Below, one piece after another: positions 1-9,910 of a DNA stretch of 64,000 bases (within the stretch, counting starts at the first letter, position 1; each line of letters opens with the position of its first letter). The notes under the pieces are model-generated. The model ran no database searches and was not told where the DNA came from. It saw only the letters and a list, made by a program, of their open reading frames with translations. Source of the DNA: Candidatus Zhuqueibacterota bacterium (lineage in GTDB: Bacteria; Zhuqueibacterota; Zhuqueibacteria; Thermofontimicrobiales; Thermofontimicrobiaceae); assembly GCA_034505795.1 (NCBI GenBank), contig JAPDQM010000004.1:348-64347 (forward strand). Reading direction: 5' to 3'. Both the position numbers and the translations under genes were made by a program.

Positions 1-2778
1 AGCTTTGACATGAAAGACAAACACGCCAAAAGCAACCTCCTGATCATTGTAGTTCCAGAGATTCCACGCCTCAACCGATGGCCCGCGATAGCCAGAGCTG
101 CCGGGTTCATGCTTAAGTATCTGCACCAGTTCACCGGAAGTAGTAAAGATTCTGATCTCGCACTTCTCGGGCAGGTTATGGAATTGGAGTTCCTTAATCC
201 AGGGCAGCGTTTCGTAAGCTGACGTCACAACGTACGGATTAGGAATGACCGTGATATAATCCAGGTCTTTCTTCGTGGCGCCCGCCGTCGTCGAAGGACT
301 GGTTTTAATTTCATAAATATCCTCTGCGGTAAGCGGCTTTCTGGTGAAGATCTTCGCCACGTCGCCGGTCTGAGGAACGATGCTGATATCTTCATAGGTG
401 GTATCTTCGCCCACGATAACCATCTTTGGCGGCGGCGCCGTCAGGATGATCGACCAAGTAAATTTGAATGCCCCGTTGATATTCTCACGAAGGGTCATTT
501 TATCGCCGCTGGACCATTTATTCTTCAGTTCAGCAGTAGTATCAGTCGGTGAAGGAACCAGGATGAAATCCAATTTCTGATTGGTCGTCACATTGACAAT
601 CTCGAAAGGAACGGGGATTTTTGGCCCAAAGGCGGTATCGCCGGCTGCGGTGAAGCGAACTTCATAATCGCAGGCGATCGGATTACCCGAATGCGTCATT
701 TGAATACTGTAGTTAGTCGTAGCCGTGTCATTTGTCGTCACCGAATGCCAGTATGATCGCTGAGGATCAAAAGCTATCGCCTCTTCATCGACCACAAACA
801 GACGCAGACCATCAAAAGATGGAACGTATTCCTCGCCGCCGAGCAATGTACTGCGTTGAATAATTGTATCATTTTTCGCCACATCAAACACGGAGAAGGC
901 TTTGTCACTACCGCTGCCGTTGATCAAAATTTTATAGGAGTTTTGGACCATCGCTGATGGATCCAAAATTTCTGGCAGGATGCTGGCCGTGGAGTTCCCC
1001 TGTAAATGCAACAGATCGGCTTTGCCACTGTGAAAACCTGCAGCAGGTTTCTGCGGAATGATGCGCACCGTATTATCCCCTGGCTTGTTGGGGTCAGATA
1101 CCTGGGGGTTTTCCATGGGTGGAATGACCAGGCTGCCCGACACATCATCGGCATCGTAGGCGCATACGGCATACCAATACTCCACGCCATTTTTCAGATT
1201 GCGATCGACAAACTTGTGAAAGAGTCCCGTATCATCGCCCAAATGGAAATAGGGATTGGCCGGGCTGGCACCGACAACGCCATTGTTCAGGTCACATTGT
1301 GCCAGCGGAACATAGCCTACCAGAGCGCCGACGGCATTGTTGATCGGATCACCCCAGGTCAGGCCGCGATCCGTCGAGCGATAGATGCGATAGCCTTCAA
1401 AGCGGTTGTTGCCTGTGAGCGGGTCGATGGAAAATTCAGAGGGCGCTGCATCCCAATATAGAATTACCGTCTGATCGCCAGCGACGGCCCGCACGTTCGG
1501 CTGCACCGGCGGAATCGCTGTTTTGTAGTTTTTATCATACAGCAGTTGACACAATGTCGCATTGGCCAGCAAATCGGCCTTGTTGACGCCAAAAATATTA
1601 GCAAAGGTAAAAGTCACCGTCTGCCCCGGTGCCAGATCGAACGGACCAGAGGCATGCACGGAGGTAATATCGGGACCGTAAGTATTTGGTGTCTGAGTCC
1701 AATCGCCAGCATGGGGTGTTACATTATGAATTCTCTCAATGCCAGATGCCATGCGATCGTAAACATCTGCCTGGGTGGGGAGCGCAAGAAAATCCGTGTA
1801 AGTGGCAATTGCCAGCGTGGTCAACCCCAGCTCCTTGCCATCTTTTCCCTTTGGCGTTTCCAGCATCTTTAATCCCTGCCAGGCCACTTTTTTTTCAAGA
1901 TAGCCGGCCGCTTTATCATCACCATCCCAGATGTAAAGAAAATTTCCCAGAATCGGATCTTCTTTCACCGGAATGAATTTCGCATAATCATCTTCCCATT
2001 CGTTATTTCCTTCCTCAGGGCAATCCATATCGGTATGTACGCCGACGTAGCAGTCTTTGATCGTATCTGTGCCGGTGTTGGTAATGTAGAATTTGAACAC
2101 AATCATATCCTCGGCCAACACGCTTGACCATTGCATGGCGCGACCAAAGGTTTTCAGATGGAGCGGGGTCGGCTGCTGACAGGTAGGATCATCATCCACC
2201 GCCATCCAGATGCCTTCGGCATCGGCAGCAACTTCACCAGTTTCATATACGCCAGGGAACCCTAACGATCCTACAGGACCTACATCCGCCGGCCAGGTTG
2301 CAGCCCAGGAGTTGGGCTTATTGGACATCGCCAAACCATTTTCGCCAATACCGGAATCATAGCCCGGCAACGGCTCATAATGATTTTCATTGTTGGTTTC
2401 GTAGCAACCCAGCGCCGCGTTGGAAACTCGCTTCTGGCCATTCACAATGCCCCCCACCATCAATGCTTCACACCATTGATACGTGATGCCAGAGCCGATC
2501 GGATACTCAAAGGTCAACATTTCGCGGCTATACCCCAGCCGATTGTTATTGGCAATTTCCAGGCCGATCTTGCCAACATCGAAGCGACCATATTTGCGAT
2601 CGTTGAAACCGCCCGGCTTCACCAATTTGGCTTTTTTAATATCAATGCCCTGTGCTTGCCGCAGCGATTGATAATATTCCCATTTGGTCATTCCCTTTTT
2701 GGCCTGGGCCTGCAACACTTGCAATGCACCAAGGAGCAGGCTTAAAGCCAAAATCAGGAACACTATTTTCCTAAGCAT
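1..2778 (-). CDS. Secreted partner protein of the upstream TonB-dependent transporter, long variant. The C-terminus runs off the window (>=926 aa). Signal peptide, FN3-like module and divergent T9SS-like C-terminal beta-sandwich.
   Basis: Absent from the ORF track because it has no in-window stop. My own translation of the minus frame is open from ATG 2776-2778 (GGAGG at 2787-2791) down to base 1. N-terminus MLRKIVFLILALSLLLGALQVLQAQA. FN3-like segment PPVQPNVRAVAGDQTVILYWDAAP..FEGYRIYRS. C-terminus ITVIPNPYVV..LQFHNLPEKCEIRIFTTSGELVQILKHE, with the same layout as ORFs 9911..11908, 30462..32591, 38331..40445 and 45313..47388. Plus-strand track ORFs here are short antisense shadows. Confidence 0.8.
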   Translation of the reverse strand, partial: MLRKIVFLILALSLLLGALQVLQAQAKKGMTKWEYYQSLRQAQGIDIKKAKLVKPGGFNDRKYGRFDVGKIGLEIANNNRLGYSREMLTFEYPIGSGITYQWCEALMVGGIVNGQKRVSNAALGCYETNNENHYEPLPGYDSGIGENGLAMSNKPNSWAATWPADVGPVGSLGFPGVYETGEVAADAEGIWMAVDDDPTCQQPTPLHLKTFGRAMQWSSVLAEDMIVFKFYITNTGTDTIKDCYVGVHTDMDCPEEGNNEWEDDYAKFIPVKEDPILGNFLYIWDGDDKAAGYLEKKVAWQGLKMLETPKGKDGKELGLTTLAIATYTDFLALPTQADVYDRMASGIERIHNVTPHAGDWTQTPNTYGPDITSVHASGPFDLAPGQTVTFTFANIFGVNKADLLANATLCQLLYDKNYKTAIPPVQPNVRAVAGDQTVILYWDAAPSEFSIDPLTGNNRFEGYRIYRSTDRGLTWGDPINNAVGALVGYVPLAQCDLNNGVVGASPANPYFHLGDDTGLFHKFVDRNLKNGVEYWYAVCAYDADDVSGSLVIPPMENPQVSDPNKPGDNTVRIIPQKPAAGFHSGKADLLHLQGNSTASILPEILDPSAMVQNSYKILINGSGSDKAFSVFDVAKNDTIIQRSTLLGGEEYVPSFDGLRLFVVDEEAIAFDPQRSYWHSVTTNDTATTNYSIQMTHSGNPIACDYEVRFTAAGDTAFGPKIPVPFEIVNVTTNQKLDFILVPSPTDTTAELKNKWSSGDKMTLRENINGAFKFTWSIILTAPPPKMVIVGEDTTYEDISIVPQTGDVAKIFTRKPLTAEDIYEIKTSPSTTAGATKKDLDYITVIPNPYVVTSAYETLPWIKELQFHNLPEKCEIRIFTTSGELVQILKHEPGSSGYRGPSVEAWNLWNYNDQEVAFGVFVFHVKA

Positions 2779-2820
2779 AATATGTTCCTCCTCGCTGTTT
2801 AAACTCTTTGACTTTATGGA

Positions 2821-5601
2821 TTAGAAACCAACACTGAACCCAAGCTGCAATACCCTTGGGGGACCCCAATAATAGGGTATAGTCACCCAATCTTTAGAAT
2901 AGTCCCAGTTCGCCGAGACATCGGGTTTGCCAGTCGAGCCGTTCACCGTATAAACATTCTTTTTATTGAACAAATTCTGAACATCGGCATAAAGGGTAAA
3001 ATCCAAACCATACCATTTATAAATTTTAGACGCACGCAGGTCCACCGTCATCGTCCACGGCTGTCGGGCACTATTGGGTTCGTCGATGCGCAGGCCCCGA
3101 GCGCTTAACGGAGTATAAGGCAAGCCGCTGCCATAGTTGCCAACAAAATTCATCTGCCAATTGCCCGGCTTGCCAATATCGAGCATAAAATTAACAGTGT
3201 GAGTCTGATCCCAATCCATGATAATCGTTTTTTTCGGCGGATAGGTCTTATTCACCGAAAAGCTGTACCAATCGTTATAGCTATCCGTCACGTCGTTGGC
3301 GTTGCCTTCTGCTCGCGATAAGGTGTAATTGATCTGGCCACCAAAATAATTAGAGAAGCGCTTTTTTAGCGTAATCTCGACCCCTTTGGCGTTGGCATAG
3401 TCTTGATTGATCAATCGGTGATATTGGACTGGCACCGCCTGATAGCGGCGGAAAGTGGTATAATCATAGATATTTTTATAATAGAACGTGACATCAAACG
3501 CAATATCATCAGCCAATTTGGTTTCGATCCCCAGCTCGTAGGCAATCGTTTTTTCGGGCTTTAGATTGGCGTTACCAAGCTGCGTATAGATGCCATTGAT
3601 CGACATATTCGGAAATGGATAAACCGGATCATCCATGTTTTCAGTTAAGAACAAATAGGAATATTGGGGTATTTGATAAAAATGGCCATAGGCAAAATGT
3701 AGCACCGCCTTGTCCATGATCGGGTGAGCGAAACCCAACCGCGGACTTACGTACAGCTTCTTCTCAGCATTCACCAGATTCTTGCGCAACTTGCCGGTCA
3801 ACGGATCGATGACTTCCTCTGCCGTCGGCTTATGCGGATCGACAATATATTTGGCGCGAGTATTCATGTAATCCAATCGCAAGCCGGCATTGACCACGAT
3901 GCCCAGGTCATCCAATTCCATTTTATCCTGCAAATAGGCCGAGCCTTCAATGGGGCGATGGTCGTATTTCTGAACATCGGGCACCGCCAGATATGGACCA
4001 TACACGTAATGATATTGAAGATGGGTCTCCTTTAACTCAACGCCCAATTTGATCTGATGCACTTTGGTGATTTGGCTGGTCACGTCGAATTTGCCGTTCA
4101 CAATGGTATTTTTTCGATCCTCCCAGGTGGCGCCGCCGCCAGAAGTCCAGGTCGAATCTTCAGCATCCCAGAAAACTGAATCAAATTCGTATTCCTGATC
4201 TGCCGGGGAGATATTCGCCATACCGGTATAGACGCCGTCCTCGTTGAGAATCTGCCATTCCCCATTCTCATCCTGCATGCTAAAAAATTCTGACGCTTTG
4301 TAGCGGTAATAGGCCCGTGCCGAATAAAAGACGGATGATTTCACGGTGTAAAAAGTACTGGGGCCCAATTGATGCGTCAAAGTCCCATTCAGCATCAGAT
4401 TATCATCGAAGTTCGTGCCGGTATTTTGGGGGACATATTTGTTGGTGTGAGAGTAATTTTTGAATCGCTTTTTTCCGCCAACTGCGCCTAAAGTCAACTT
4501 AATTGAACTCAACGGTTTCAATACCAGTTTGGCATTGGCCCGGCGCTCTTTTTGGTACGGTTGACCGGTCCAGCCCAGATAGGTATCGGTATCAAAGGCA
4601 TCACCGGCGATGAAAAAGGTGTTGCCACTGCCTAGGAAGGGAATTGGGCCACTGAAATCCAATTCGGTCCGAAACTCATTGAAATCGGATTCTTTCTTGG
4701 TAACCGTCTTCCAATACTTGGGATCGTAAACATTCTGTCCCGGTACGGTTTGGGCATTATTGCTGGCCGTCACCAGTTGGCCGGTGTTATCCACCCAGCG
4801 GCCATACTCATCGAGATATTTGTAGAGATAACGATAGGTATGCGGATTGACGAATTTATCGGTAAAAAATCGCACGCGACCGGAATATTTGCTGCCTCCC
4901 TCCTTCGTCACAATATTCAGCACGCCGGACATGGCCTCGCCATATTCCGCATTGAACGTCCCAGTCAGTACCGCCAACTCTGAGATACCCACATTGGCCA
5001 CATCGCTGCCCATGCCTCCCATCAGCGGATCTTCGACATAGAAGCCATCTATCATGTACGACAGTTCGTTCCTTCTGCCGCCACGGACGTTGAATTCCCG
5101 GTTCAAACCCGTGCCGCTTTCCACAAACCCCGGCGTCGTTACCAACACTTCCTGGAACGTAGCCACCGGCATTCGGTCGATCTGTTCGCTGGTGGTGACG
5201 GTCGACGATGAAGTCACATCTTTTTCGATCAACGGTCGCTCGGCCACCACTTCCACCACTTCACCCTCAATAACTGTGGGCTCCATCTGAAAATCCACCT
5301 TGGTGGTCAGGTCAATGATTACCTGAACATCCGTTTTGACGATAGCTTTATAGCCCATCATCATGGCTTTCAGGCGATATTTGCCTGGTGGCACATTGAT
5401 CATGAAATAATAGCCGTTGCCATCGGCGGCCGCGCCCAGCGTTGTTCCTTCAATGATGACACTAGCCCCTGCCAATGGCGCTCCGCTGGTCTTGTCCTTG
5501 ATAACACCGGCAATTTTGCCCGTCGTTCCACTATAAACGGATATGGCCGAAAGCAGGAACAAAACTAACAGCAGAGCAACAAAATTGAACTTGCTGTTCA
5601 T
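2821..5601 (-). CDS. TonB-dependent transporter with N-terminal CarboxypepD_reg-like domain (short subfamily, 926 aa)
   Basis: Track ORF 2821..5676 trimmed to the internal ATG at 5599-5601, which is preceded by AGGAGG. Signal peptide MNSKFNFVALLLVLFLLSAISVYS. CarboxypepD_reg-like TGKIAGVIKD..GKYRLKAMMMGY. Plug motifs FNVRGGRRNE..IDG..LNIVTKEG. Long beta-rich C-terminal region ending in an aromatic residue (..FSVGF). Confidence 0.9.
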   Translation of the reverse strand: MNSKFNFVALLLVLFLLSAISVYSGTTGKIAGVIKDKTSGAPLAGASVIIEGTTLGAAADGNGYYFMINVPPGKYRLKAMMMGYKAIVKTDVQVIIDLTTKVDFQMEPTVIEGEVVEVVAERPLIEKDVTSSSTVTTSEQIDRMPVATFQEVLVTTPGFVESGTGLNREFNVRGGRRNELSYMIDGFYVEDPLMGGMGSDVANVGISELAVLTGTFNAEYGEAMSGVLNIVTKEGGSKYSGRVRFFTDKFVNPHTYRYLYKYLDEYGRWVDNTGQLVTASNNAQTVPGQNVYDPKYWKTVTKKESDFNEFRTELDFSGPIPFLGSGNTFFIAGDAFDTDTYLGWTGQPYQKERRANAKLVLKPLSSIKLTLGAVGGKKRFKNYSHTNKYVPQNTGTNFDDNLMLNGTLTHQLGPSTFYTVKSSVFYSARAYYRYKASEFFSMQDENGEWQILNEDGVYTGMANISPADQEYEFDSVFWDAEDSTWTSGGGATWEDRKNTIVNGKFDVTSQITKVHQIKLGVELKETHLQYHYVYGPYLAVPDVQKYDHRPIEGSAYLQDKMELDDLGIVVNAGLRLDYMNTRAKYIVDPHKPTAEEVIDPLTGKLRKNLVNAEKKLYVSPRLGFAHPIMDKAVLHFAYGHFYQIPQYSYLFLTENMDDPVYPFPNMSINGIYTQLGNANLKPEKTIAYELGIETKLADDIAFDVTFYYKNIYDYTTFRRYQAVPVQYHRLINQDYANAKGVEITLKKRFSNYFGGQINYTLSRAEGNANDVTDSYNDWYSFSVNKTYPPKKTIIMDWDQTHTVNFMLDIGKPGNWQMNFVGNYGSGLPYTPLSARGLRIDEPNSARQPWTMTVDLRASKIYKWYGLDFTLYADVQNLFNKKNVYTVNGSTGKPDVSANWDYSKDWVTIPYYWGPPRVLQLGFSVGF

Positions 5602-5906
5602 AAAAAAACCTCCTGTTATTAATTCGGTTATTTCGTTGCCCAAAGAAATTCTCAGGTTCAAGGAATTGGAATGCAAAATGTATTACATGAGTTCTAAATC
5701 CGCTCCTTTCCCGAAGAACAATGTGATTATAGGCGTAACGGTGATGCCTCGATTGGACGAGATAAACAGAGCCTGGCTGCAGCCGCATCAGGAAGGTTGT
5801 ACAATGGATTCTGGAGGCGAATTATAATTCATAATTTGTGGTTAGCAATGCCCGTGGTGATGCTTCCTGCAGTTTTTCCTTCGGCTTAGGATTGTTCATT
5901 AAAAGT

Positions 5907-5948
5907 AGAAACACCCCTGATAGTAGCATGGCATACAGGGGTGTTTCT
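5907..5948 (-). terminator. Stem-loop downstream of the FG-GAP/BNR gene, possible intrinsic terminator
   Basis: Perfect 13-bp stem AGAAACACCCCTG / CAGGGGTGTTTCT with a 16-nt loop, 90 nt after the stop at 6038. On the minus-strand RNA it is followed by ACUUUUAAUG, a weak U tract. Confidence 0.45.
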
Positions 5949-6037
5949 GGTATTTGTCCGCCCTTCTGAGTCAGCAAAGATCAAAATCGCTGATTCGTCA
6001 AGCGATTTTTGGCGAACCAGTTATCAGCCGCCTGATG

Positions 6038-8722
6038 CTATTTGACCAGCAGCATCCGTTTGGAAATTTGCTGATGTCCGATTCGAAGCACATACAAATA
6101 AACGCCGCTGGTAACCCGTTGGCCGGTGTTATCCGTGCCGTCCCACTGCACCGCATATTGTCCAGGCGCCACCGTTCGATCGACCAGGGTTTTGATCTCC
6201 TCGCCCCGCAAATTGAATACCGCCAACGTCACATGCTCAGTTTTCGGCACGCTGTAGTTGATCGTGGTCGTCGGATTGAAGGGGTTGGGATAGTTCTGAT
6301 CCAGCACAAAATCTGTCGGCTTTGGCTGAACCGGATGCTCGGCCACGCGGGTGACCTGATGTTCGAATCGTAGCACCTTGCCACCATAGGTAAACACATA
6401 GCCAAAGTCTTTGTTCAGGAATAAGCCGCTAACGTAGTCATCCGGATCCAACTCGGCTGGCGTATTGATCTGTCCCCAGGTTGCACCCAGGTCAGTAGTG
6501 TAAAACACACCAAGGTCATCCAGACCAATGATGATATCGGAATTGGGAATGGCGACCACGCTATTGACATAGCTATCGGTGGAGGCCACGGGATTATCTG
6601 TGGACGACCAGGTTTCGCCGCCATCCGTGCTATTGATCACATAGCCGCCACGCGCAGCTAGCATGCCGTTGTTCTCATCACTAAAAGCCAGCGATCGTGG
6701 ATAGTTGGGAATAATTTCGACCGGGATCGTGAAGCCTTCCCAGGTCACACCCAGATCAAATGAGCGAAACACAAAGGAAGCATTATATTCCATGTTGGTG
6801 GCACTGCACCAAACTTTAGGACCCACGTTGCATGCGGCCGTGCCCCAGGTATAGTAGGCATAAGCAGCGCCCAGGAAATCGACGCCAGTGATCTGGGTCC
6901 AGGTTTCGCCCTTGTCCGTGGATCGGACGAAATACATATTGCCGTTCGGTTCAAAATCACCGAAAGCAACGGCAGTATTCGCATCGAGCACGCGGAGACC
7001 GTCGAACCATCCTGGAGCAATGACGCTGATCATGTAGGAATGCTTTTCCACCCAGGTTGCGCCGCCGTCGGTTGTTTTATAAATTTTGCCTTCGGCATCC
7101 GCCACCAGTGCCGTATTGGCATCAAAGGCATCCATTTGCGCAGCTCGACCGGGAATAGGAGTCGCATTATGAGTGAAGGTCTTGCCACCATCGACTGAGC
7201 GGAACACATAAGTTTGTCGTGCGGTGCCATTCACCCCACAGAACCAGATGGTTTGCCCATTATCCAGAATTCGGCCTGGCTTGAACAACAAGCCAGTTGG
7301 TGGCTGCCCATTTAGCAAAACTTCTGGGGCAACGATCATGTTGTCGAATGTCATGGGCTTTGGACCAGCATAATCCAGCACCACAATCGGCTTGGTACCG
7401 AGGTTCGGAAATACGCCCGCATCAGTGCTTGAGGTATAGAGCACTTCCATTTCCGGATCATCATCTACATTGGCGATATTGACCACGGTCCAGATGCCAC
7501 CATCGGCGTACATCGAATCGATCATGGCAAATTCGTAGTTGGCGGGATTGGTGATGTCGCCCCCGCGATAAGCCAGGCGGAAGATCGCTGCATTGGGCGT
7601 CGATGCTCGGGAACCAAACACAAAATCCAGATGACCATCGCCATCGATGTCACCGGACGCGCCGCCCCAGGGGCCACGTGCGCCGCTGGGCCAATATTTC
7701 GACATATTGACCAGTTCGGTTCGCTTCAGCGTGTCCGCATTTTCTTGCAACAAATAAATGCCTTTATAGGCATCATTACCCCAGTCGTAAACCGCGCAGA
7801 TGATCTCTTTGACGCCATCGTTGTTTAAATCCACCACCTGGGACGATTGCACCGGAGAACCACCCGCCATAGGCAGCAACGCATCATACTGCCACGCATT
7901 GCCATCCCACGTAAATTTGGTGATTTCGTTTTCGCAGAAGCTATAAACATGCGGCCCGATGACAGCCACATCCCATTTGTTCTGCGCCGTTCCCGATTTC
8001 AAGTTAAAATCAAGACCGCTGACTTCTAACTTCCAGGTCTCGGAGCCATCCCCATTATCCGGGATGTTGCTCACCGACACCACGCCGCAGAAATAGCCGG
8101 CACCCGATTTGCCCGTACGATCGGCAAACACCAGTTCCTCGGTGCCATCGTTATCGGGATCGGCGATCACCCAACGCATGGGACGAATATTCAAATTATT
8201 ATCGGAAGCAATGGTCCATTTGGCATTTGGCAGATAGTTGCCAGTGCCATCGGGCACGCCCATTTCATCGCTGCCGTCGCCTTTTGATTCAAAAACCAGG
8301 ATCCGTGGAGGATTTTCATTGCCAGCCTCGAGAAAGTTGACTGGCCCCCAATACAGTTCCGGCTTGCCATCTTTATCCAGATCGCCCAGGGCAAAGCAGG
8401 GCCAGGTGTTCTGCTTGGGAATATTAGCGGTCGCCTTCCAGACCACCACCCAATTGTCGCCTTCTCGTTCTAATTTGTAGATCCGCGGGATCAATTCAGT
8501 GGGGGTATCATTCCAGTTGTCATTGACAAGGAAAATCTCAACTTTGCCATCTTTGTCAATGTCCGTACCAGAAATCATGTTTCCGGTGCCGCCATTATTG
8601 AGATTCGCTTCAGGGATTGGAATCTCAGCTTTGCGCACAAACTGCTGCGCGTAGTTCGCAGTAGTGATAAACAGCACTGCCACCGCCAGCAGCAATAGGA
8701 TTGTAACGATTTTACCTCTCAT
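6038..8722 (-). CDS. Secreted FG-GAP/VCBS-repeat plus BNR/Asp-box beta-propeller protein with canonical T9SS C-terminal sorting domain
   Basis: Signal peptide MRGKIVTILLLLAVAVLFITTANYAQQ with AGGAGG upstream. Repeated DxDxDG motifs (DIDKDGKVEIF, GDLDKDGKPEL, ADPDNDGTEEL, VDLNNDGVKEI, GDIDGDGHLDF). Six Asp-box-like motifs (SVDGGKTF, TTDGGATW, STDKGETW, SFDLGVTW, STDGGETW, TTDLGATW). C-terminus LDQNYPNPFNPTTTINYSVP..VAVFNLRGEEIKTLV..SGVYLYVL..LLVK. Confidence 0.85.
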   Translation of the reverse strand: MRGKIVTILLLLAVAVLFITTANYAQQFVRKAEIPIPEANLNNGGTGNMISGTDIDKDGKVEIFLVNDNWNDTPTELIPRIYKLEREGDNWVVVWKATANIPKQNTWPCFALGDLDKDGKPELYWGPVNFLEAGNENPPRILVFESKGDGSDEMGVPDGTGNYLPNAKWTIASDNNLNIRPMRWVIADPDNDGTEELVFADRTGKSGAGYFCGVVSVSNIPDNGDGSETWKLEVSGLDFNLKSGTAQNKWDVAVIGPHVYSFCENEITKFTWDGNAWQYDALLPMAGGSPVQSSQVVDLNNDGVKEIICAVYDWGNDAYKGIYLLQENADTLKRTELVNMSKYWPSGARGPWGGASGDIDGDGHLDFVFGSRASTPNAAIFRLAYRGGDITNPANYEFAMIDSMYADGGIWTVVNIANVDDDPEMEVLYTSSTDAGVFPNLGTKPIVVLDYAGPKPMTFDNMIVAPEVLLNGQPPTGLLFKPGRILDNGQTIWFCGVNGTARQTYVFRSVDGGKTFTHNATPIPGRAAQMDAFDANTALVADAEGKIYKTTDGGATWVEKHSYMISVIAPGWFDGLRVLDANTAVAFGDFEPNGNMYFVRSTDKGETWTQITGVDFLGAAYAYYTWGTAACNVGPKVWCSATNMEYNASFVFRSFDLGVTWEGFTIPVEIIPNYPRSLAFSDENNGMLAARGGYVINSTDGGETWSSTDNPVASTDSYVNSVVAIPNSDIIIGLDDLGVFYTTDLGATWGQINTPAELDPDDYVSGLFLNKDFGYVFTYGGKVLRFEHQVTRVAEHPVQPKPTDFVLDQNYPNPFNPTTTINYSVPKTEHVTLAVFNLRGEEIKTLVDRTVAPGQYAVQWDGTDNTGQRVTSGVYLYVLRIGHQQISKRMLLVK

Positions 8723-8777
8723 TGAAACCTCCTTACAATTGGTTAAAGGTTAAATGGATTGCAAAATGGCCTACTAT

Positions 8778-8812
8778 TTACTGACCGGTCGCTACGAGCG
8801 ACCGGTCAGTAA
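8778..8812. repeat. GC-rich perfect palindrome, family 2 copy 1 (TTACTGACCGGTCGCT-ACG-AGCGACCGGTCAGTAA)
   Basis: 16-bp arms with a 3-nt centre, 13 nt downstream of the PorV-like stop at 8825. Near-identical copies at 15060-15090 and 15107-15135. No U tract on either strand. Confidence 0.9.
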
Positions 8813-8824
8813 GAATTCAATCAA

Positions 8825-9817
8825 TTAAAATGTCAAAGCTAATGAGAATCGATGCACGCTCTTCAGCACGCCCAAATCGGCAAACGAATAATCGATCACC
8901 GCACCCAGGGCGCCCAATGTCGTCAGATCGACACCAGTGCCGAAGGTGAAACCGCCTTCATCAAGATTAAACCGATAGCCACCCCGGAGAAAGAACATAT
9001 TATTGAAACAATACTCCATCCCCCAATTGTACTGTTCGAGATTGTTATTCGGGTGAATCATATCGGCGGCGGTGGTGATTTTATTCGTCGGGGTATCCAG
9101 CAGACTCATGCTAATCCCAATCCGGAAATTGATGGGCAGGGAATAGGTCTCGAACGACTTCGGTTTGTTTACATCCACCGATTTAGGATCACTATAATCG
9201 ATGTAGCTTCCGCTGAATTTCACCTCCGGTCCGAAATGGAGGATCGACATGCCCAGGTTCAGACCATGAAAGCCGGTGCGATAGAGAGTGCCCATATCGA
9301 GCGCCCAGGTGGTATAACCATAGTCCAGATATTTTTCGCGTACCAGTTTGGTGGTGATACCAATGGACAGACGATCGGTCAAAAACCGAGCGTAGGAAAG
9401 GCCGAGGGCAAAATTGGTGATACTAAAATTTTCACCTGTGCCTTCGGGCATAGCCACCGTCGTCATTTCCATATCACCGGTCATGAGATAGGCGCTGCTA
9501 ATGGCAAACGTGCCGATATTGCCCAAATCCATGGAAAAGGCCAATGAACCGATGGAAATATCCGCCGGCCAGACGGTATAGGCTGTATACAGGTTTCGTT
9601 TTTGACTGCCAACCAGACCGGCTGGATTCCAAAAAGCGGAACCCGCATCGTTGGTCAGCGCAGTATAGGCTTCACCCATGGCCGTACCGCGTCCACCCAC
9701 GCCGATCTCCAGGAACTGAGCCACCGCCGTGCCCACCGGCGCAAAGTCCTGCCCATGCACTGCTGTACTCAGGATGAGGGCTACCATTGCGATCAGTAGA
9801 ATGTTTTTTGTATTCAT
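8825..9817 (-). CDS. PorV/PorQ-like outer-membrane beta-barrel protein
   Basis: Signal peptide, then the family-typical N-terminal motif PVGTAVAQFLEIGVGGRGTAMGEAYTALTNDAGSAFWNPAGLVG. Alternating beta-strand pattern and terminal ..SLALTF. Paralogs at 37266..38291 and 44241..45290. Confidence 0.75.
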   Translation of the reverse strand: MNTKNILLIAMVALILSTAVHGQDFAPVGTAVAQFLEIGVGGRGTAMGEAYTALTNDAGSAFWNPAGLVGSQKRNLYTAYTVWPADISIGSLAFSMDLGNIGTFAISSAYLMTGDMEMTTVAMPEGTGENFSITNFALGLSYARFLTDRLSIGITTKLVREKYLDYGYTTWALDMGTLYRTGFHGLNLGMSILHFGPEVKFSGSYIDYSDPKSVDVNKPKSFETYSLPINFRIGISMSLLDTPTNKITTAADMIHPNNNLEQYNWGMEYCFNNMFFLRGGYRFNLDEGGFTFGTGVDLTTLGALGAVIDYSFADLGVLKSVHRFSLALTF

Positions 9818-9910
9818 GATCTATTCCTCGTAATCGATATTCACATTCGTATTTATTATTAACCGCTGCCATCCTCCCACGCGAATGGCAGCAGTCGCTC
9901 TGCAATTTAG

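Noticed and set aside
5602-5676. N-terminal extensions of track ORFs at 5676, 14832, 35814, 37251, 23274, 20622 and 51043.
   Set aside because: In each case an internal ATG gives a canonical signal peptide or lipobox, usually with a GGAGG-type SD. For 51043 the longer ORF would also run through the Fur box. I trimmed the starts accordingly; 35769 remains the least certain.
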